Positions 46,471-60,551 of a stretch of 64,000 nt of DNA are shown in pieces (the first letter of the stretch is position 1; each line of letters begins with the position of its first letter). Under the pieces are notes generated by a model. The model did no database searches. It was not told where the DNA came from and was given only the letters and a program-made list of their open reading frames with translations. A program made the position numbers and the translations under genes. Source of the stretch: the human T2T-CHM13v2.0 reference genome, Homo sapiens; NCBI RefSeq assembly GCF_009914755.1, contig NC_060928.1; one strand, 5' to 3'.

Positions 46471-47263
46471 GTAGGTGGGCCTGGCCCATTTTTTCAGAGA
46501 CTGGTTACCTGACGTGAGGAGGGCAGACGATACCAGGGTGAAGATGCGCCTCCTGTTGAACCTAGCACAGCAGGGGCCTGCTTGGCCTTGCCTGAACACC
46601 CAGGCTGCCAGACCATCTGTGGGGTGTGGGAAAGAGGGCAGCATCTAGGGTCACGGCCTCCCTGAGAGGGGCGGCGCAGCTCTGAGAGGAAGAGCATAAG
46701 CTTTATGTGTGGGTGGAGCTGAGGCTGCATGTGTCATTTTTTATGTGCGTGTAGGAGACAAAGGAAAAGCCAAATCCAACTTTTCAGATGCAACGTTTTC
46801 TGTGACAGTGGCCCCTGGACTCTGGGACCTGTCCCAACCTTGCACTTTAAGGCTCCACCCGCACCCTACTATGGGCTCGGGCTGGTGCCTGGCATGATGA
46901 AACCCACCAGGATCTGCCACTGTGGCCTGAACCCAGCCTCATTGCCCAGACCCTACCGTGCCCCTTACCCCACCTGCCACGAAGGCTCAGTCCTCCCCAG
47001 TGCAATGACCCAGCCCTGCTGGCTTCCCTGTGTGCCCTTGGAGTGCCCTGTCTCCCAGGGTTCATGCTCAGGGTTTGTTTCAGACTCCTGGGTCCAGTCA
47101 GCAGCCTCTGCCTGCTAATGGAACAAGCACACTGCTCTCCTACCTGTGAGGTACTTGGGGTGAGAAGTCTCGTCACCTCTTTTAAGTTAGCAGACGTGCT
47201 GGCTTTCCCGGGCTCAGACAGCAGAGAGACGTGCATTGTGTTTTGTTGTAATGCACTGTGAAC

Positions 47264-48303
<1,040 letters not shown>

Positions 48304-48330
48304 CCCTAGTCTTTATTTTCAATTGCTCAG

Positions 48331-48451
48331 GTGGATTTTCAAGACACGAATGCTCGGAGTCTGGCAGAAAGGAAGAGAGAAGAGGAGAAGCAGAAGCACT
48401 TGGATAAAATTTATCAAGAAAGAGCCAGCCAGGCGGAGAGGGAGATGCAAG
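48331..48451 (+). CDS. UVSSA: UVSSA coding exon 3, [10 protein letters not shown]...AEREMQ(E), ending at a GC donor
   Basis: gctcag|GTG ... CAA G|gcaagt; 121 nt; only this junction keeps frame with the next exon. Confidence 0.93.
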
Positions 48452-49287
48452 GCAAGTGTCCAGGACGGAGGGAGGGGCCCACGCCTCTGAGGGTTGCCCG
48501 TGGTCCAGCAGTTCATCCTCCTGGTCCCAGGGCCCCAGCCGCAAGGAACCCAGGTTTTGAGACAGGCTAGGTGGAGAGGATTCAGGTCGGGCCGGAAGGC
48601 GTTCTTAGCCGTAGGCCTCCCAGGCTGTCCATGCCTCTCCCGCGCCCTCTGGTGGTCACATTCATCCACGCCCGTTCGCTGCGCGGACCTCTGGGCAGAG
48701 ATGCCAGGCACAGGTGTGCCTGTGGGCAGTGGTCTGAGCCCCAGCCTGGCTGAAGGCCCTGCCACCTGTTTATTTTGTGGCTGTCTTGCCCTTGCCAGCC
48801 CCTTCCCCAAAACTTCACTGTTTGCTTCTCGGCAGTCAGCCTTTCTTGTGAGGGGCACCACGAGAGTGTGAGGAGGGGGTGCCACGGCCCTCCTGAGACA
48901 CCTCCTGATGTGGGCGGAGGCACGGCCCTGTGTCTTCAGACTACATGTACCCCAGATCCTTCTCCTGACAGACTGTGGTCCCAGGTGTGGGACCTGCCAC
49001 AGGCCACTGGAAACGCAGGCCTCAGGGCAGCTCACAAGGCAGGCAGCTGGGTGCCCAGACAATGAGGAGGCTGCCAGGAGGAAAGCTGCTCCGGCCCGGG
49101 AGGTGTGGCATGAACGAGGCTGTTTTGTTGCCCTAGGGAAGAGGTGCAGCCGTGTCCTGGGAAGTGCAGGTGGGCTGACCTCCCCTGCGCACTCGTGCTT
49201 GCTACCCAGAGGTACACAGAGATTGCCTTGCAGGCCCAGCTGCTGAGCTGGGTGCTCTAGTAAGCGGTTAAAAAGTGCAGCACACGA

Positions 49288-49545
49288 CTGGGCGCGGTGA
49301 CTCATGCCTGTCATCCCGGCACTTTGGGAGGCCAGGGCAGGCGGATCGCCTGAGTCCAGGAGTTTAAAGCCAGCCTGGGCAACATAGCAGGACCCTGTTT
49401 CTACAGAAAAGTTAGTTGAGCATGGCATCACGTGTCTGTAGTCCCAGCTAATCAGGAGGCTGAGGCGGCTGCACTACCTGAGCCTGGAAGGTCGAGGCTG
49501 GGGTGAGCTGTGATTGCACCACTGCATTCCACCTGGTGCTGAAAA
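49288..49545 (+). mobile_element. Old Alu (AluJ-like)
   Basis: Diverged Alu consensus. Confidence 0.85.
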
Positions 49546-49645
49546 GTGACACCCTGCGGGGAGTGGGCCTCTGAGTGTGGTTTTGAGTGGGCTGGTGCTT
49601 TTGCTCCACATAGCGCAGCAAACAGGTGTCTTGATCTTCCGGCAG

Positions 49646-50029
49646 AAATGTCTGGAGAAATTGAATCCTGCTTGACGGAGGTAGAGAGCTGCTTTAGGCT
49701 GCTGGTGCCTTTTGACTTTGACCCGAACCCGGAGACGGAATCCCTTGGCATGGCTTCTGGCATGTCCGATGCCCTTCGCTCCTCCTGCGCGGGCCAGGTG
49801 GGCCCCTGCCGGTCTGGCACCCCTGACCCCCGGGACGGGGAGCAGCCCTGCTGCAGTAGAGACCTGCCTGCCTCTGCAGGCCACCCCAGAGCGGGCGGCG
49901 GGGCACAGCCATCCCAGACAGCCACAGGTGACCCCTCAGATGAGGACGAGGACAGCGACCTCGAGGAGTTTGTGCGGAGCCACGGGCTGGGCTCGCACAA
50001 GTACACGCTGGATGTGGAGCTCTGCTCAG
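49646..50029 (+). CDS. UVSSA: UVSSA coding exon 4, (E)MSGEIESC...LDVELCS(E)
   Basis: ggcag|AA ATG ... TCA G|gtaact, 384 nt, phase 1/1. Confidence 0.95.
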
Positions 50030-51350
50030 GTAACTGCCTTCGCGGGGTCTCTGTGGCGCCACCCTGCCCCGGCTCCCGGGTAGGCTCCTCCCTCACTGGC
50101 ACCCGGCCCAGGAGCCTGGGGATGCAGGGGCCTCCCCTGGGGAGCTAGGTCAGGGGTCACCACCAGGTTTTTCCTTTCTGTGTGGCCTCTGCACTGGGCT
50201 CCCCCCACCCATGCCAGGCCTCTGTGGCCACAGGGACACTTCTAAGAGCTCATGGCAGCCCCCACCTCAGTGAGGCTGTGGGCAGAGTAAGGACCCACAG
50301 GATTGGGGTGAGGTGGGGTCGTGAGGCTGTTGCGGTCCTCAAAGGATGAGGGAGCACAGGCCTGACCTCCAAGTGACTGGATCCCTGGGCAGGCTGTGTG
50401 GGCATCCCGTCAGCTCACAGGCCTGTCAGGGTCCCGTGTCGCCATGAGGGGTCAGGTAGCACCGGCCCTTGCTGGGAGGAAAATGTGTTCCAGAAATGGC
50501 CACGGGCAGCCTTGGCACTGCAGCCTGGGTGGGTGAGGATTGCAGAGACATAGCCGCCCCCGCCCCCCAGCCCCAGCTTCCTCCCAAGCCCCCTGCTGCC
50601 CCCCTGGGGTGTGAGTGGAGGCTGGGGCCCTTTGCGTATGTGTGTGGCTTCAAATCGCTCTCTTTGAGGAACCTTCTTCTTTGGAAGCAGGCACAGCAGG
50701 TGTCCCTTCACCAGGGCCAGGAGGCAGCCGGGCTGGGAAGCTGCTGGGAGAACTGATCCTCGGGTCTCAGCTGCCCAGAGGTGCCTCAGCAGTGAGGCTG
50801 CAGGCCTGTGCGGGGTGGACACCGCTGCTGCAAGCCTGGGCTGTCCTCGCCTGTATAGAGCTCTGCCCTGCGCCGGACACTGAGGGTGCCACAGCGGGGG
50901 AAGCCACGGCAGGGCAGAACTGGAGTTGGGGTGTCCAGCGGAGGAGAGGCCGGGGGGGTGGGGGCTGGTGAGGCTGGGCTGGAGGGGCGCCATCCTGTGG
51001 CGTGGGCTGTGGAGGGGAAGGTTCTGTGCCCGGCGTGTGGGGGCGGTGAGTAGAAGAGGCTGTGGGTGGTCTCGCCCTCCAGATGGGATGGCTGCAGCCA
51101 AGGAGACTGAGACACAGGCAGTGGAGCTGCGTGTGAGGGGAGGCTTTGGTGTTAAGCCACAGTGTTCTTTTCTAAGATAATAAAACACTTCCTTCTCACA
51201 GCATCAGGTTTGGGATTCCCGGGGGCAGGCATGGGCGTCTGGCAGGTTCCCCTCAGGCTAGAGCAGCCTTCCTTGCATGGTCTGCCTCTCCGGGGCCTGT
51301 GGGAGACGCCAGTCGGCGCCCTCTTGTGACCTCTGTGTGCTTCTCCCCAG

Positions 51351-51463
51351 AGGGCCTGAAGGTGCAGGAGAACGAGGACAACCTTGCTCTCATCCACGCC
51401 GCCCGCGACACACTCAAGCTCATCCGGAACAAGTTCCTGCCGGCTGTGTGCTCGTGGATCCAG
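51351..51463 (+). CDS. UVSSA: UVSSA coding exon 5, GLKVQENEDN...VCSWIQ
   Basis: ccccag|AG ... CAG|gtgagc, 113 nt, phase 1/0. Confidence 0.96.
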
Positions 51464-51732
51464 GTGAGCCTCGAACCTGGGACCTGTGGGTGGAGGGACG
51501 TGTGCAGAGTGCCATGCATGGGGGGGGTCCCTTTCTTGGGGGGACTGTGGCCCGGTGACTGAATGGCCCTTAACCCGCGAGGGCTCTGTCCCTCACCCGC
51601 AGCTTTGTCCTCTGCATCCCAGGTGTGCCAGGGACCCCCCGGGCCAGTGGACCTGGCATGTGCCTCCCAGCAGGACAGCTTCCCAGGTCCTGCCCGGCCG
51701 GCCCCTGAGCTGTTCGCACCCCCGTTTCGCAG

Positions 51733-51861
51733 CGCTTCACCCGCGTCGGGACCCACGGTGGATGTTTAAAGCGTGCCATTGACCTGAAGGCTGAATTGGA
51801 GCTCGTACTGAGAAAATACAAGGAGCTGGACATCGAGCCTGAGGGAGGGGAAAGGCGCAGG
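51733..51861 (+). CDS. UVSSA: UVSSA coding exon 6, RFTRVGTHGG...EGGERRR
   Basis: tcgcag|CGC ... AGG|gtgagt, 129 nt, phase 0/0. Confidence 0.95.
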
Positions 51862-53594
51862 GTGAGTGGGCAGGCGGCGAGCGGGAAGGGGTCCCAGAGG
51901 CCTCAGTGGGGGAGGAGAAGCTGTGGGGGGGTTGTGCCCTGGGCCTGTGGGCCCGGCGGACCCCAGCCACACCCCAAGCCCACTCAGCCTCAGCAGGACC
52001 TGCCTCCCCAGCGAGGGCTTCCTGTGAGCCCAGGGTCATCACCATGGCAGAGGGGACAGTGCAGCTGTCGGGTGTTGCCCGGCTGCCGTGTATGGTAGCT
52101 GAGCAGAAGTGCTGAGTGCTGTGCGCGCCTCCAGGAAGCCACCAGTCAGGCTGTCCCCCCCGTGACTCCTTCTAGGGAGTCATCAGCAGTGCGGCACCTG
52201 TCCTGGCAGGCACTGTATCCACCAGAGGAGAGACCCTCGGCAAACCCTCAGACGGCCAGGAGGGTCAGCGCGGGCACTGGTGCCCACTTGGGGTGAAGAC
52301 TTGGGTTACTGTCTGCTGGGCCTTGCGAGGGGCTTGGGAGGGTCATGGGGGCACTGCACTTCCCTGAGCAGGGAGCACGGGGTTAGAAGGGGCAGGGCTG
52401 CCGCGAGGGGCTGGAGGCTGGAGGGAGGTTTGGGGTGCCTCTGGTGGGTGAAGCTGGGAGCAGAGACCGTCGCATTGGGTGTGTCGGAGCCGTTCGAGGG
52501 TGGGGGTGCCCAGCACACTGCTGTGCCAGGGACCTTGAACTGGCTGAGCATGGAATGGAAATCTGGGCCTCGGTGCCTGGAGGGGCCTGAGAGCTGGGGT
52601 CCTCTGCAGACGTCCTCGGCAGCACCCAGCACAGTCGGGCCTTAGGACTGGAGGTACACAGCGGCCACCCTGAGCTCCCACAGCAGTGCTGTCTCTCAGG
52701 CACCTCTCCCTTCAGGAACCCAAGCCCTGAACCCCAACACCCCTGAGCTCGGACCCCAAATCCAGCCCTGGCCTAGGAGATGGTGGCCTTTTGGCTCTCC
52801 CCACTTTAAGGAAAGCTTTGGGGTGGAAGTGACACTGTGCTCCTTGCTGAGGAAGAGGTTGGGTTCCACAGCAGCAGACGTGCGGGGCCTTGGAAGTTGG
52901 GGGGTGGGGAAGCTCCTCTCGATTAAATGCTGAGCCTGTCGTTTTCCCCAGGTCAGTGGCCCCGCGTCCCCAACGTGGTGGTGTGCAGCCCCCCCAGGGG
53001 CCAGCAGAGGGCGAGCTTGCTTTTCTCCTTTAAGTCCGAAACTGACTCCCGGAGAATTTATAGACATGTGGGAGCCCACTGGCCTCGCCGCTGGTGTGTG
53101 GCCGCGTTTGTGGGTGCTGGTCAACACCTTGCTCCACAAGGAAATACTTCTGTGAGTTGTGACGAAAATATACTTTTTGCAATGCGAAAGGATGCTGGTC
53201 TAGGCTTGGGAGGAAGATGGTGAGTGCCGTCAGCATGTCAAGATCAGGGTGAGCCCACTGCCCATGCCCAGCACACTTGGGCCCACAGGATGGCAGCCGC
53301 AGGACCGGGCCCCTATGCCAGCCCCTGTCACTGTTGCCTAGTGGGCTGCGTGGGGGCTGCCGGCTGGGGTCACGGGCACTTCCCTGTGGCTCACATTGAG
53401 GCCCTTTCAAGGTCACTGCCCGGTCTCCACGGCATGGGCAAGGCTTGCTGGAGCCTCACGCTGAGACCCTGCACCAGGCACTGCACCGGTGCACCTGCCG
53501 CCCTGGACTCACCTGGCACGGCTTCTGCAGTCTGCAGACAGTTTTGTCTGAAGGTGGCCGGTGGGCCTTTGCCTGGCAGTGGCAACCCCTGGGT

Positions 53595-53930
53595 CAGCTG
53601 GCTTATTGGTGAGGGTCCACAGAGCAGAGCGGGGCTGATGGGTGGCATGGTCTGGTCTCATCAGGCCTGGGCCCCTCCAGCTGGTTATTGGTGAGGGTCC
53701 ATAGAGCAGAGCGGGGCTGATGGGTGGCATGGTCTGGTCTCATCAGGCCTGGGCCCCTCCAGCTGGTTATTGGTGAGGGTCCATAGAGCAGAGCGGGGCT
53801 GATGGGTGGCATGGTCTGGTCTCATCAGGCCTGGGCCCCTCCAGCTGGTTATTGGTGAGGGTCCACAGAGCAGAGGGGGGCTGATGGGTGGCATGGTCTG
53901 GTCTCATCAGGCCTGGGCCCCTCCAGCTGG
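53595..53930. repeat. 82-bp tandem repeat, 4 near-identical copies
   Basis: ttattggtgagggtcca recurring every 82 bp. Confidence 0.95.
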
Positions 53931-55718
53931 CACAGTCCTTTAGTACCAGCAGCAGTGCTGGGGCTGGGGCAGCCAGGTGGCTCTTCTTGGCCTGAGATTC
54001 TGGCAGTGGAACCTTCTGGAATGCCTGGTGCTACCCCTGCCTGCATCTCACAGCTCTACAGCATCTGGGATGCCCTCCAAGTGGGGTTGGCTGGTGGAAG
54101 TGAATCTGGGCAGCCTCCGGGACTGCTGGCAGCTCGGCCTGCTTGGGTGAGGATGAGGAGCTGCCGTTCCCCGAGTCAGGACTCTAATTCAGCGCGGCCA
54201 CGGTACCAGCGAGGCCTGCAGGCTCCCAGCCATGGCTGACTTGCACCCACATCTCCACCTCACCCTGGTGGATGCAGACTCCCCCTGTGTGCCAGGGACC
54301 CTGCGTGCTCTTCATGAGTGTTCAGCTCAGCCTGGCTCCTGCCGTGTGTGGGCTCAGGAGTGCTGGCCTCCCAGACCTCTGCAGGCTGCAGGCTCCTGCT
54401 GGCCGTGCCCTTCTGGAGGCAGCACTAGCCCCTCCTGCCTCAGGGATGCTATATTCAGGGCCTGGTCTGTGGGGGCCAGGGCCCATAACACGGGTGTGGG
54501 CCAGGCCATGCAGGAGGGTACTGGGCAGGGCACGGCCGCCTGAAGGACCCCAGCAGCTGCTGCTCCCACCCACCAGGTCCCGGGGACCCCGCCGACACTG
54601 TTAGCTGTCTCTGAGCTTCTGAGTGACTCTCACATGAGCATCTCACGCCCCACGTGGTGGAGCCGCCAGCACTGTCCCTCCGTGGCGCGTGACCCCAGCC
54701 CTTGGCACACAGGCAGCCACCCTGACCCAGCGCCCAGGGCCTGCTGCCATCCCACTGTCCTTCCTCACTCCTGCTGGCCGGGGCCCACTCCTGACCCATC
54801 TGTGTGCATCCTCTTGAGATCTGAGTGGTGGCACTGGGCGGGGGGTGTCTGCGGCCAGGACTGACAGTGCTTGGAGGGCCCCTCGTCCCCTTCGACCACA
54901 TGGTCTGGCCAGCAGATGTGCCCCAGCTGTGCTTCAGAGCTGGTGAGTGTGCAAGGGCAGCAGGGCCTGTGAGGCTGGATTGAGGATGTCACAGCTCCGG
55001 TGGGAAGGGAGGCGCCACGCTGCCCATTTGTCAGTTGAATGGACACTTTCTAGACTCTTCTCCGCAAACTGGTTTCTTTTTAAAGCACCGTTCTGAAGTC
55101 CTTGGAGATTTTGCTCCCGGCAGCTGGAGTGCAAGGAGCTGCCTGGAGATGAAGTGATTGGCGGGCTCGCCTAGCTCAGGTGAGCGATGCTTCCCAGAAT
55201 AGATGCCGTGGCACCACTGCAGTATCTGCCCATCTCCCTCCTGGCTCCGCGCGGCCGCTGCGTCCGAGTGGCGTGTGTGCGGCAGGTGGGGCTGGCTGAC
55301 AAACGTGGACGTTAATTAGAGCCATTTTAATTAGAAATTATGGACGAGGTGCTCCTCGTTAATTTTCAAATAAAATTTACAGAGGGTTTAAATCACTTCC
55401 CTCCGTGTCTCCCCATTTAGCACGGGGATTGGCGTCGTTAACTCCGTGTGTAGAACAGGGCACGCTAATTCAGTCATGCCTGATTTAAATATGTTTAGAA
55501 CTTCCAACTAACATGTAGGAGATGGGAACATGGAACGCTGCTAGCTGCAGGCAGGAGGCAGGAGCCTAGCCCCGGAAGGCCCAGCCCGTCCTCGTGCTGT
55601 CTCCGGCCGGTGCTCGTGCTGAGGCTCTCCTCGGGCAGCCACCCGGGAGCAGACACCGTGTCTTTCCTTTTTAACATTTCCCACTTGGTTTCTACGTAAT
55701 ACTGTTTTCCTTTTGACG

Positions 55719-55897
55719 CAGATGTTCTGTCTTCAGAAAATACTTAGGCGGGTTTCAATATGTGTGCTGTGCATTTGGAGTGCCTCTGAGTGGCTTCCGT
55801 CTGGGGACAGATGTTCCGTCTTCAGAAAATACTCAACGCTGGTTTGAATATGTGTGCTGTGCGTTTGGAGTGCCTCTGTGTGGCTTCCGTCTGGGAG
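55719..55897. repeat. 89-bp tandem duplication (2 copies)
   Basis: cagatgttc.gtcttcagaaaatact at 55719 and 55808. Confidence 0.9.
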
Positions 55898-58800
55898 CAG
55901 GCCGAGGGTGAATCTCCTGGATCAATGTGCAGCGTCATTTGGTAGATTGCGTGTCCAGCCTTGCCGCGCTGTAGGGTGGGTGTGATCATCCGTGGCTGCG
56001 TCATTCGCTGAGCTGATAAAAATCCTCTGGAAACTTTCACGTTGCCTGCTGCCAAATTACATAGCTCAAATCACCAATTACTTTGTATTGTGTAATTAAC
56101 AAAATATTAATTTCCTATCAGCCAGTGAGTCAGAAACGCATCTTAAGCATCGTTCTCTTTAGTACCGTCAGCGTGGCTCTGTCTTTCCTTCTGCTAGTTA
56201 CCGGGTTACTTGTTTCCGTGGCTGAAAGATACGGGTTTGTTTTTGTTCTCGCCGATGTTGAGTCTGATGTGGCAGCCACATGGGTTTGGCCGTGGATGCA
56301 TCCTCCATTGCCCACAGAACCAGAGTCGTCCCCCCGACTCTGTGGTTTTCTTTCTCTGTCGGCCGCCTGCCTGCCTCCTCCACCGGCCTCACCACCAAAG
56401 CTCTGATCTTTGGAGTTAGATGCCAGAAGCATTCTGCCCTCTGATGTTCAGTGGGCTCCAGGATGCAGCTGACAGCCTCCCGGGGACCCTGTCAGCCCCT
56501 GGGATCGAGGCCCCACCTCCTTTTCCTGCTGTGCGTGAGGGAAAGTTTTCTGTGATGCTCTGGAGCCATGGGAGTGTCTGACTTCCAGGAGGTGAAAGGG
56601 ACAGAAACTGAAAACCCAGGAATGAAACGTGGACCCACCAGGCACAGGCAGGGGAGGAGGGACCTAAATCAGCGCTGCTGGGAAACCTTGTACCGCCCTA
56701 GGGCTGGGAAACAACCTTCCTGGGTGATGGGGCCCCTCCATCACGCCGAAGGCCAAGCCGCTGTGTGCGCCACCGCATCCCAAGGGCTGCCCACGGGGGG
56801 CGGGGTGCAGATACACAGGTTCTCTGGAGTCAGCACAGGGAACACGGGGAGAACATCTTAGGCCCAGCCAGGGCCTTGTGCCAGCCCTCCCTCCCACACC
56901 GGTGGCACAGACCCGTCTTTTGGGCTTTCACCGTCCCTCAGTACCTGTCTGCAAAACACAGGGCGCTTGCCAGACAAGCCCAGCGCTCCTTGAAACACCG
57001 CCCCATGCTGTTACCCCTTTCGTTTGGAAAGCAGCCCCGTGGGGTCGATCGGTTTTCCACCCCATTTTACAGACAGGGAAGCTGAGCCCGGGAGAAGCTG
57101 TGTAGGCCCCGGCCTCCTTGTCCAGGCCTGGCCTCCTGATGAATGTAAGTGCGCCTGACAAACCCGTGCTATGGCCGCGCCCAGAGGCTGGCGCCTGCTT
57201 CCCAGAGGCTGGCGTTCTGGCCCCTGTGGGCCCTGGCTGCACTCTCCTTCCCTGAGAAGGTCAGGCTGAAGCAGGGTCCTTTCCCGCCCCCGTGAGCCGA
57301 GTGTGTGTGTGACTCACCAGAGCCCGGGAGCAAGGACACAGGCAGCTTTCATTTTCCCGAGCCCAGAGTTAGCTTTCTCCGCAGAGCTCGGGGGCAGGAG
57401 CTACTAGGTTTGGAGGCCCCAGATGTTCTAAGAAGTCATTCCGCTCTCCACTGAAGGGGGCGTTTACATAAAGTCTGCGTGACCCCTGGTGCCTCAACCA
57501 GCTTCCTGAGCACTGCACCCAGTGCTCCTGCTCAGTAAGAACCAGGCCCACAACCTCTGCTCAGAACGTCCTATGTGGGACCCAGGGGCAAACACCAGTT
57601 TGGCTGCCCCAGGAGAAGAGGCCGCCCTGGCCCAGCTCCATCCATCTGGAGAGCAACACAGACCCAGGACCCCCGGCCCGCATCTGGTCGACAGATGTGT
57701 GTCTCTATCTGGCAGGCAGCCCCGGGGACCCAGCAGAAATTTTGCCCCTAGCCTAGCTCTGGAATCGACCTCCAGGTATCTTGTGAACCTGAGGCCTCCT
57801 CCTCTCACACCCAAGAAGGCCCCCAGGCCTGTGGTGCTGTGGTCCTGGCCCCTGCAGCTGGGACTCCAGGAAGCGGCCCGAGGCCCACCATGCTGGCTGG
57901 CAGCTCCCAAGGGCAGGTCTGTCTGAGCCTCATTACTGGGAGTGACCTGGGTTAGACGAGAATGGGAAGAGGCCCACAGCACTGTGTTTTGTGATATTCT
58001 TGTAAGAGCGTGTTGATGAGTGTAGATTTTATAGTAAAGAACCAGTCATTCTAGAAAGCAACGACTTGCTTCAGCAGAACCTCCAGGCTCTCGTTTCAGA
58101 GGTGAGGACACGCCTATGGTGCTGTGTCTGTGTCCAGCAGGTTCTGCTCGGCCCCGACAGTGCTGCCCGCCAGGTGCCCTTCCCGCACGCTTGCTGCAGT
58201 CAGCCCTGCACCGCTCCGCCCTCCGTCCTCTCAAGGTGCGTCCCTGGCAGCCGGAGATGCACATGAGATATTGGCCTGGCCGGGCAATTTGCACGGCCTT
58301 CCAGGGAGGGCATTAGCATATAAATAGCAGATGCAATGACGACCATCACAGCTGAGCACGTTTAATTTTTGGTTTATAAGATAGAATGGGTTTTTAAACA
58401 CATAGCCATCAAGGCGCTGAAAGACAAATGCAATTTGGAACTCACTTGTCTGACGAGGCCTTACATCATTTTTTTTTTTTTTTTTATAAAAAGGGAAACA
58501 GACACACATAAAACTGAACAAAAGTGATTTCTTGGGTGAAAAGTAATTGAGACCGCGTACCAAGTTAATTAGATCGTACAAAATTTATTTAATGGCCCCA
58601 GCTGTATCTCCCAGCCTGTGTGTGGCGGACAGACCTGCCCCTTCACACGGCCTCTCCTCTTCCTTTCCTTCTCAAATAATTAGTAACCTCGCCACCCTAC
58701 TTCTGTGAACTGATTGCATTGTATATTTTAGCCATTTTATTGCTTGTTTAATTATGATCGTGGAGGCTCATTTTTCTAAATCCTTTTAAGTGTGGGTGAG

Positions 58801-60551
58801 AATCCATTTGTATGAAGCCAGCAGAGGCCGGAGTGCTCCTGCCCGCCTCCCCGCGGTGGCCGGGGTTCCTTTGGAGGTGCCCTGTGCACGGGTGGTCTTG
58901 GCTCTCCATGTCGAGGGGTCTATAGCTCCTGTAGCTCCTGCACTGTGGACCAGCCTTGGGAGGCTTCCAATGCCCCGCAGGGGACTTGGCCCATTAGGGA
59001 AGGTGTGGGCACGGGTCACAGCCCCCTTGGGAGGGGACAGCCTGCAGGTGACCTGTGCCTCCCATGCCCCTGCTTTATCACAGGAAACTCGGCTGCCAGG
59101 TCGGGGTAAAAGCAGACTGCTCTTGAGAACCTTTTCCAAACCTAACCTCATTTTGTAGACATCTCCAGCCCCAGCACCACATAGGGTGTATGATCTCCTT
59201 TCCTGGATTCTTGCTCGTCCAGAGCCCCCCCGCACCGGTGCCCAGCCCCTCAGCAGGGCTTGCAGACCCGTGGTGCTGGCCCCTGGCTCATCTGTCCCTC
59301 ACCTTGAGGGCGGGTGGCTCTTGCCTGTCACCACTTGATGATTTGACTTCTTAGAGGTGAACTGGAGGCGTGTGGGACCACGTGGAAGGGGGGCTTCGTG
59401 CGGGGCCTCACCCTCCCTTTGGGCTCCGTGCGCTTCGAGGCCTCGGGGAGCTCTGTCCCTGGTGACCACGCCGTTCCTGTCCTCCGAACAGGCCTGTGAA
59501 CAGCCACACAGCTTCCTAGGCTCACGGCTTCCCCATCTTCAGCATCCCTGCCTGTCCCTGGCGTTCAGTGTGCCCAGCAGCAGATGTTGGAGGTGACCGC
59601 ACTGTGCGTCTGTGGGTTTCAGACATGAGAGTTTATCCCGTGTGACTTGAACCCTGAAAACAGCAGCTTTCAGCCTTGCATTTAGTATCCGCAGTGAAGC
59701 CCCTCAATGCTGAGTTGCTGTGGTTTGAGGGGTACCACGGCCTCAGTAGTTGCAAGCTGAAGTATGGAAACGGTGGCTGTGGTGGGACCTTGCCAGGGAG
59801 GAAGCCCTGCGGCTGCCTCAGAGGTGAAGGGAGAGCCACCCACGGACCTGGCCGCTGTTACGGAGGGAGATGCTCACCGGGACCAGGGTGCCCTCATCAG
59901 CGCTGATTTAAGAACAAAGGGGAACCCAGGGCTCCAAATTTAGTCACAGAAATGAACCATTATTTGGGGAGAAAGAAGGTGTAATTCCTAATAGTTACCT
60001 GAGCAGTTGAATATTTTTTAGGAAATGAAAATTTGATAAAAGTCCCCGATGAAATTCAAGGGTGCGAACAGGAAGCATAATATTTTTTGAAAACGACGCC
60101 CATATTTAAAATCTGGCACTATATGTTATGCATTGTAGCACCCGGTCCACATCTACCTTTTAGAAAATTAAAACACATAAATTCTGTTTAGTGTGTGATA
60201 ACGCGCTGCACTGGCTGAGAACCGTAATGCCCTGAAACCTTGGGCTGCTCTCCACCTTTCATAAATTCCTGGCAGATTCTGTACAGAAATAATTTTCAGG
60301 TCCGTGGCTTGTTGTTATTCAGACGTGATGGATCGCCATCATTTGCTCAGCGCGGGAGTTAAGTGCCCCTGTCATTTCCAAAGAGTATAATTGGGACGTT
60401 TCACAGGTCAGCGGTGGAGACAGGCTTCCCTTTTGATCAGTGTTAGACTGATAACAAAAATTACAGTTTCCAGTGATTAATGTCTCCTGTGCTTCCCAGA
60501 TGCTCAGCAGTGGGATGCTCCTAAACAAAGTGCACTTGGTCTGATGATTGG

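Noticed and set aside
48319-49431. 370-aa minus-strand ORF antisense to UVSSA
   Set aside because: Begins in an Alu and crosses GC-rich intron; no recognisable domain
56083-56406. 107-aa ORF with a hydrophobic, TM-like stretch
   Set aside because: Non-ATG start, T-rich intronic composition, no splice or promoter support
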